DNA of 25,718 nt, from positions 1-25,718 of IMG/VR virus record IMGVR_UViG_3300020258_000040. One strand, written 5' to 3'. The DNA comes from a virus. Lineage: Duplodnaviria; Caudoviricetes. The number at the start of each line of letters is the position of its first letter. Position 1 is the stretch's first letter. A program made the position numbers and the translations under genes. Shown piece after piece: positions 24,670-25,718 of this stretch. The notes under the pieces are model-generated. The model saw only the letters and a list, made by a program, of their open reading frames with translations, had not been told where the DNA came from and ran no database searches.

Positions 24670-25718
24670 TCAGATGGAGAAGAGTCTCCAACCGTATGTG
24701 TCACCTTGGAAAGTTAGTTCGAAGGATGCACCCTCGACTGTTACTGTCAAGTCGGAGCTGTCTCCCATGATTGTCTTACCGTTACGGGCAACAACCAGTG
24801 CGTTGGTGTCGAACGTCTTAGCAGCATCATAGAATCTAATCGTATCACCGATTGAAGGAGATGCGGGCAAGGTCATTTGAATTTGACCTGTAGTTGTGTT
24901 GATGAAGTACACATGACCTGCGAGTGCGTTAGCAGAAGTAGACTGAGTAACGTACTGCAGTTTACCAGGCTGTGTCCATGCAGTTCCATCGTAGTATTCA
25001 AGAGCGCCCAGAGTCGTGTTGAATCTGAATGCACCAAGTACGAAGGAAGGATCAACACCAGATGGTCTTTGTGCGGTAGTACCTACTGGAGGAACCATCG
25101 CGCCAACACCCATCTTACCGCGAGTAACAAATCCCTTAACTGCGAATTCAGTTGGGCAAGCAGTGTTGGAGTCGCCAGACATGAATTCATCAGAGGAGAA
25201 TTCGTTAATTGCCTCACCGACCTGACCACCGATAGCACCCAGTCTCAATTCTGTCAAACCAGAAAGGTTGAACGCGGAAGCATCCAATGTTGCACGACCA
25301 GTTAACTGGTCAACGGAGAAGAACTGACCAACTCTGAAGTTACCACCTTGGTCGGTAGATACGAAGAATACCTTACCTGGCCCGAATGTGTTAGTCTCAT
25401 TACCCTGAATGATTTGAGTTTCGTCAACATCAGGATAGTTAGTTTCAGTCTTGTTACCAGTACCAACACTCAAGAAGTCGTGACCTGTCAGGCGGACCTG
25501 AGAGAACCTAGTTCTAACAGTGATGGTAGAACCTGCGCCCGTGATGTTACGGGTGTCAGGCGTACCCTGAGACTTCTCTGGAGAGATTGTCAGAGTAGCA
25601 CGGTTATAGTAGGTGTGTGCAGCACCAACAGTGTCAGTGTAAGTTACCGCAGCCGAGACGTTAGTAACTGTGTTAACAATGTAGAACAGAGAGTCTCCAC
25701 CGTAGGTAGTAGAGAATC
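24670..25718 (-). CDS. C-terminal part of a large virion structural / tail-fibre-like protein (5' end outside the window)
   Basis: The frame stays open beyond the ORF-track start at 25473 to the window end (...TRFSQVRLTGHDFLSVGTG...). Motifs STDQ.GNFRVG..F.V.Q.TG, P.GTTAQRP...G.FRFNT....LEYY and TLPASPSIGD.I...D are typical of myovirus fibre proteins. Confidence 0.8.
   Translation of the reverse strand, partial: FSTTYGGDSLFYIVNTVTNVSAAVTYTDTVGAAHTYYNRATLTISPEKSQGTPDTRNITGAGSTITVRTRFSQVRLTGHDFLSVGTGNKTETNYPDVDETQIIQGNETNTFGPGKVFFVSTDQGGNFRVGQFFSVDQLTGRATLDASAFNLSGLTELRLGAIGGQVGEAINEFSSDEFMSGDSNTACPTEFAVKGFVTRGKMGVGAMVPPVGTTAQRPSGVDPSFVLGAFRFNTTLGALEYYDGTAWTQPGKLQYVTQSTSANALAGHVYFINTTTGQIQMTLPASPSIGDTIRFYDAAKTFDTNALVVARNGKTIMGDSSDLTVTVEGASFELTFQGDTYGWRLFSI

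Noticed and set aside
22330-25305. Overlapping or antisense ORFs within the Cys-rich and fibre genes
   Set aside because: Expected from codon bias; no independent evidence.
25471-25473. ORF-track start of the last gene
   Set aside because: It is an internal TTG (Leu); the frame is open to the window end.
1-25718. tRNA, rRNA, introns, inteins, or manA/wcaG-type cyanophage RNA motifs
   Set aside because: All intergenic gaps are about 105 nt or shorter and are occupied by promoters or terminators; core genes have uninterrupted frames. A covariance-model scan would be needed to exclude these fully.

Overview
The window is part of the virion-structural region of a T4-like myovirus. Gene order, protein sizes and (C/A)TAAATA late promoters point to a marine cyanophage of the Kyanoviridae type, but the host is inferred. 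Nearly everything is on the minus strand. In transcription order: the 3' end of a large fibre-like structural gene; three tandem Cys/Gly-rich paralogs; a tail-fibre chaperone-like gene; a tightly coupled 10-gene enzyme operon; then g13-g14-g15-g16-(orf)-g17-(2 orfs)-g18-g19-g20 and the start of a small gp67-like gene. The operon encodes a GT9 heptosyltransferase-like protein, a NodU-type carbamoyltransferase, a flavin-dependent halogenase, two DUF6445-like oxygenases, HldE-type nucleotidyltransferase and kinase as split genes, a HAD phosphatase, a cupin isomerase and a 2OG-Fe(II) oxygenase. The only credible plus-strand gene, hldD (ADP-heptose 6-epimerase), sits between the operon and g13 and contains the operon's terminator on its antisense strand. 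The main result is an apparently complete NDP-heptose pathway with its transferase plus carbamoylating, halogenating and hydroxylating enzymes, under a late promoter and next to candidate fibre substrates. I read it as a putative virion-protein tailoring system. All family calls come from motif recognition by eye; no searches were run.
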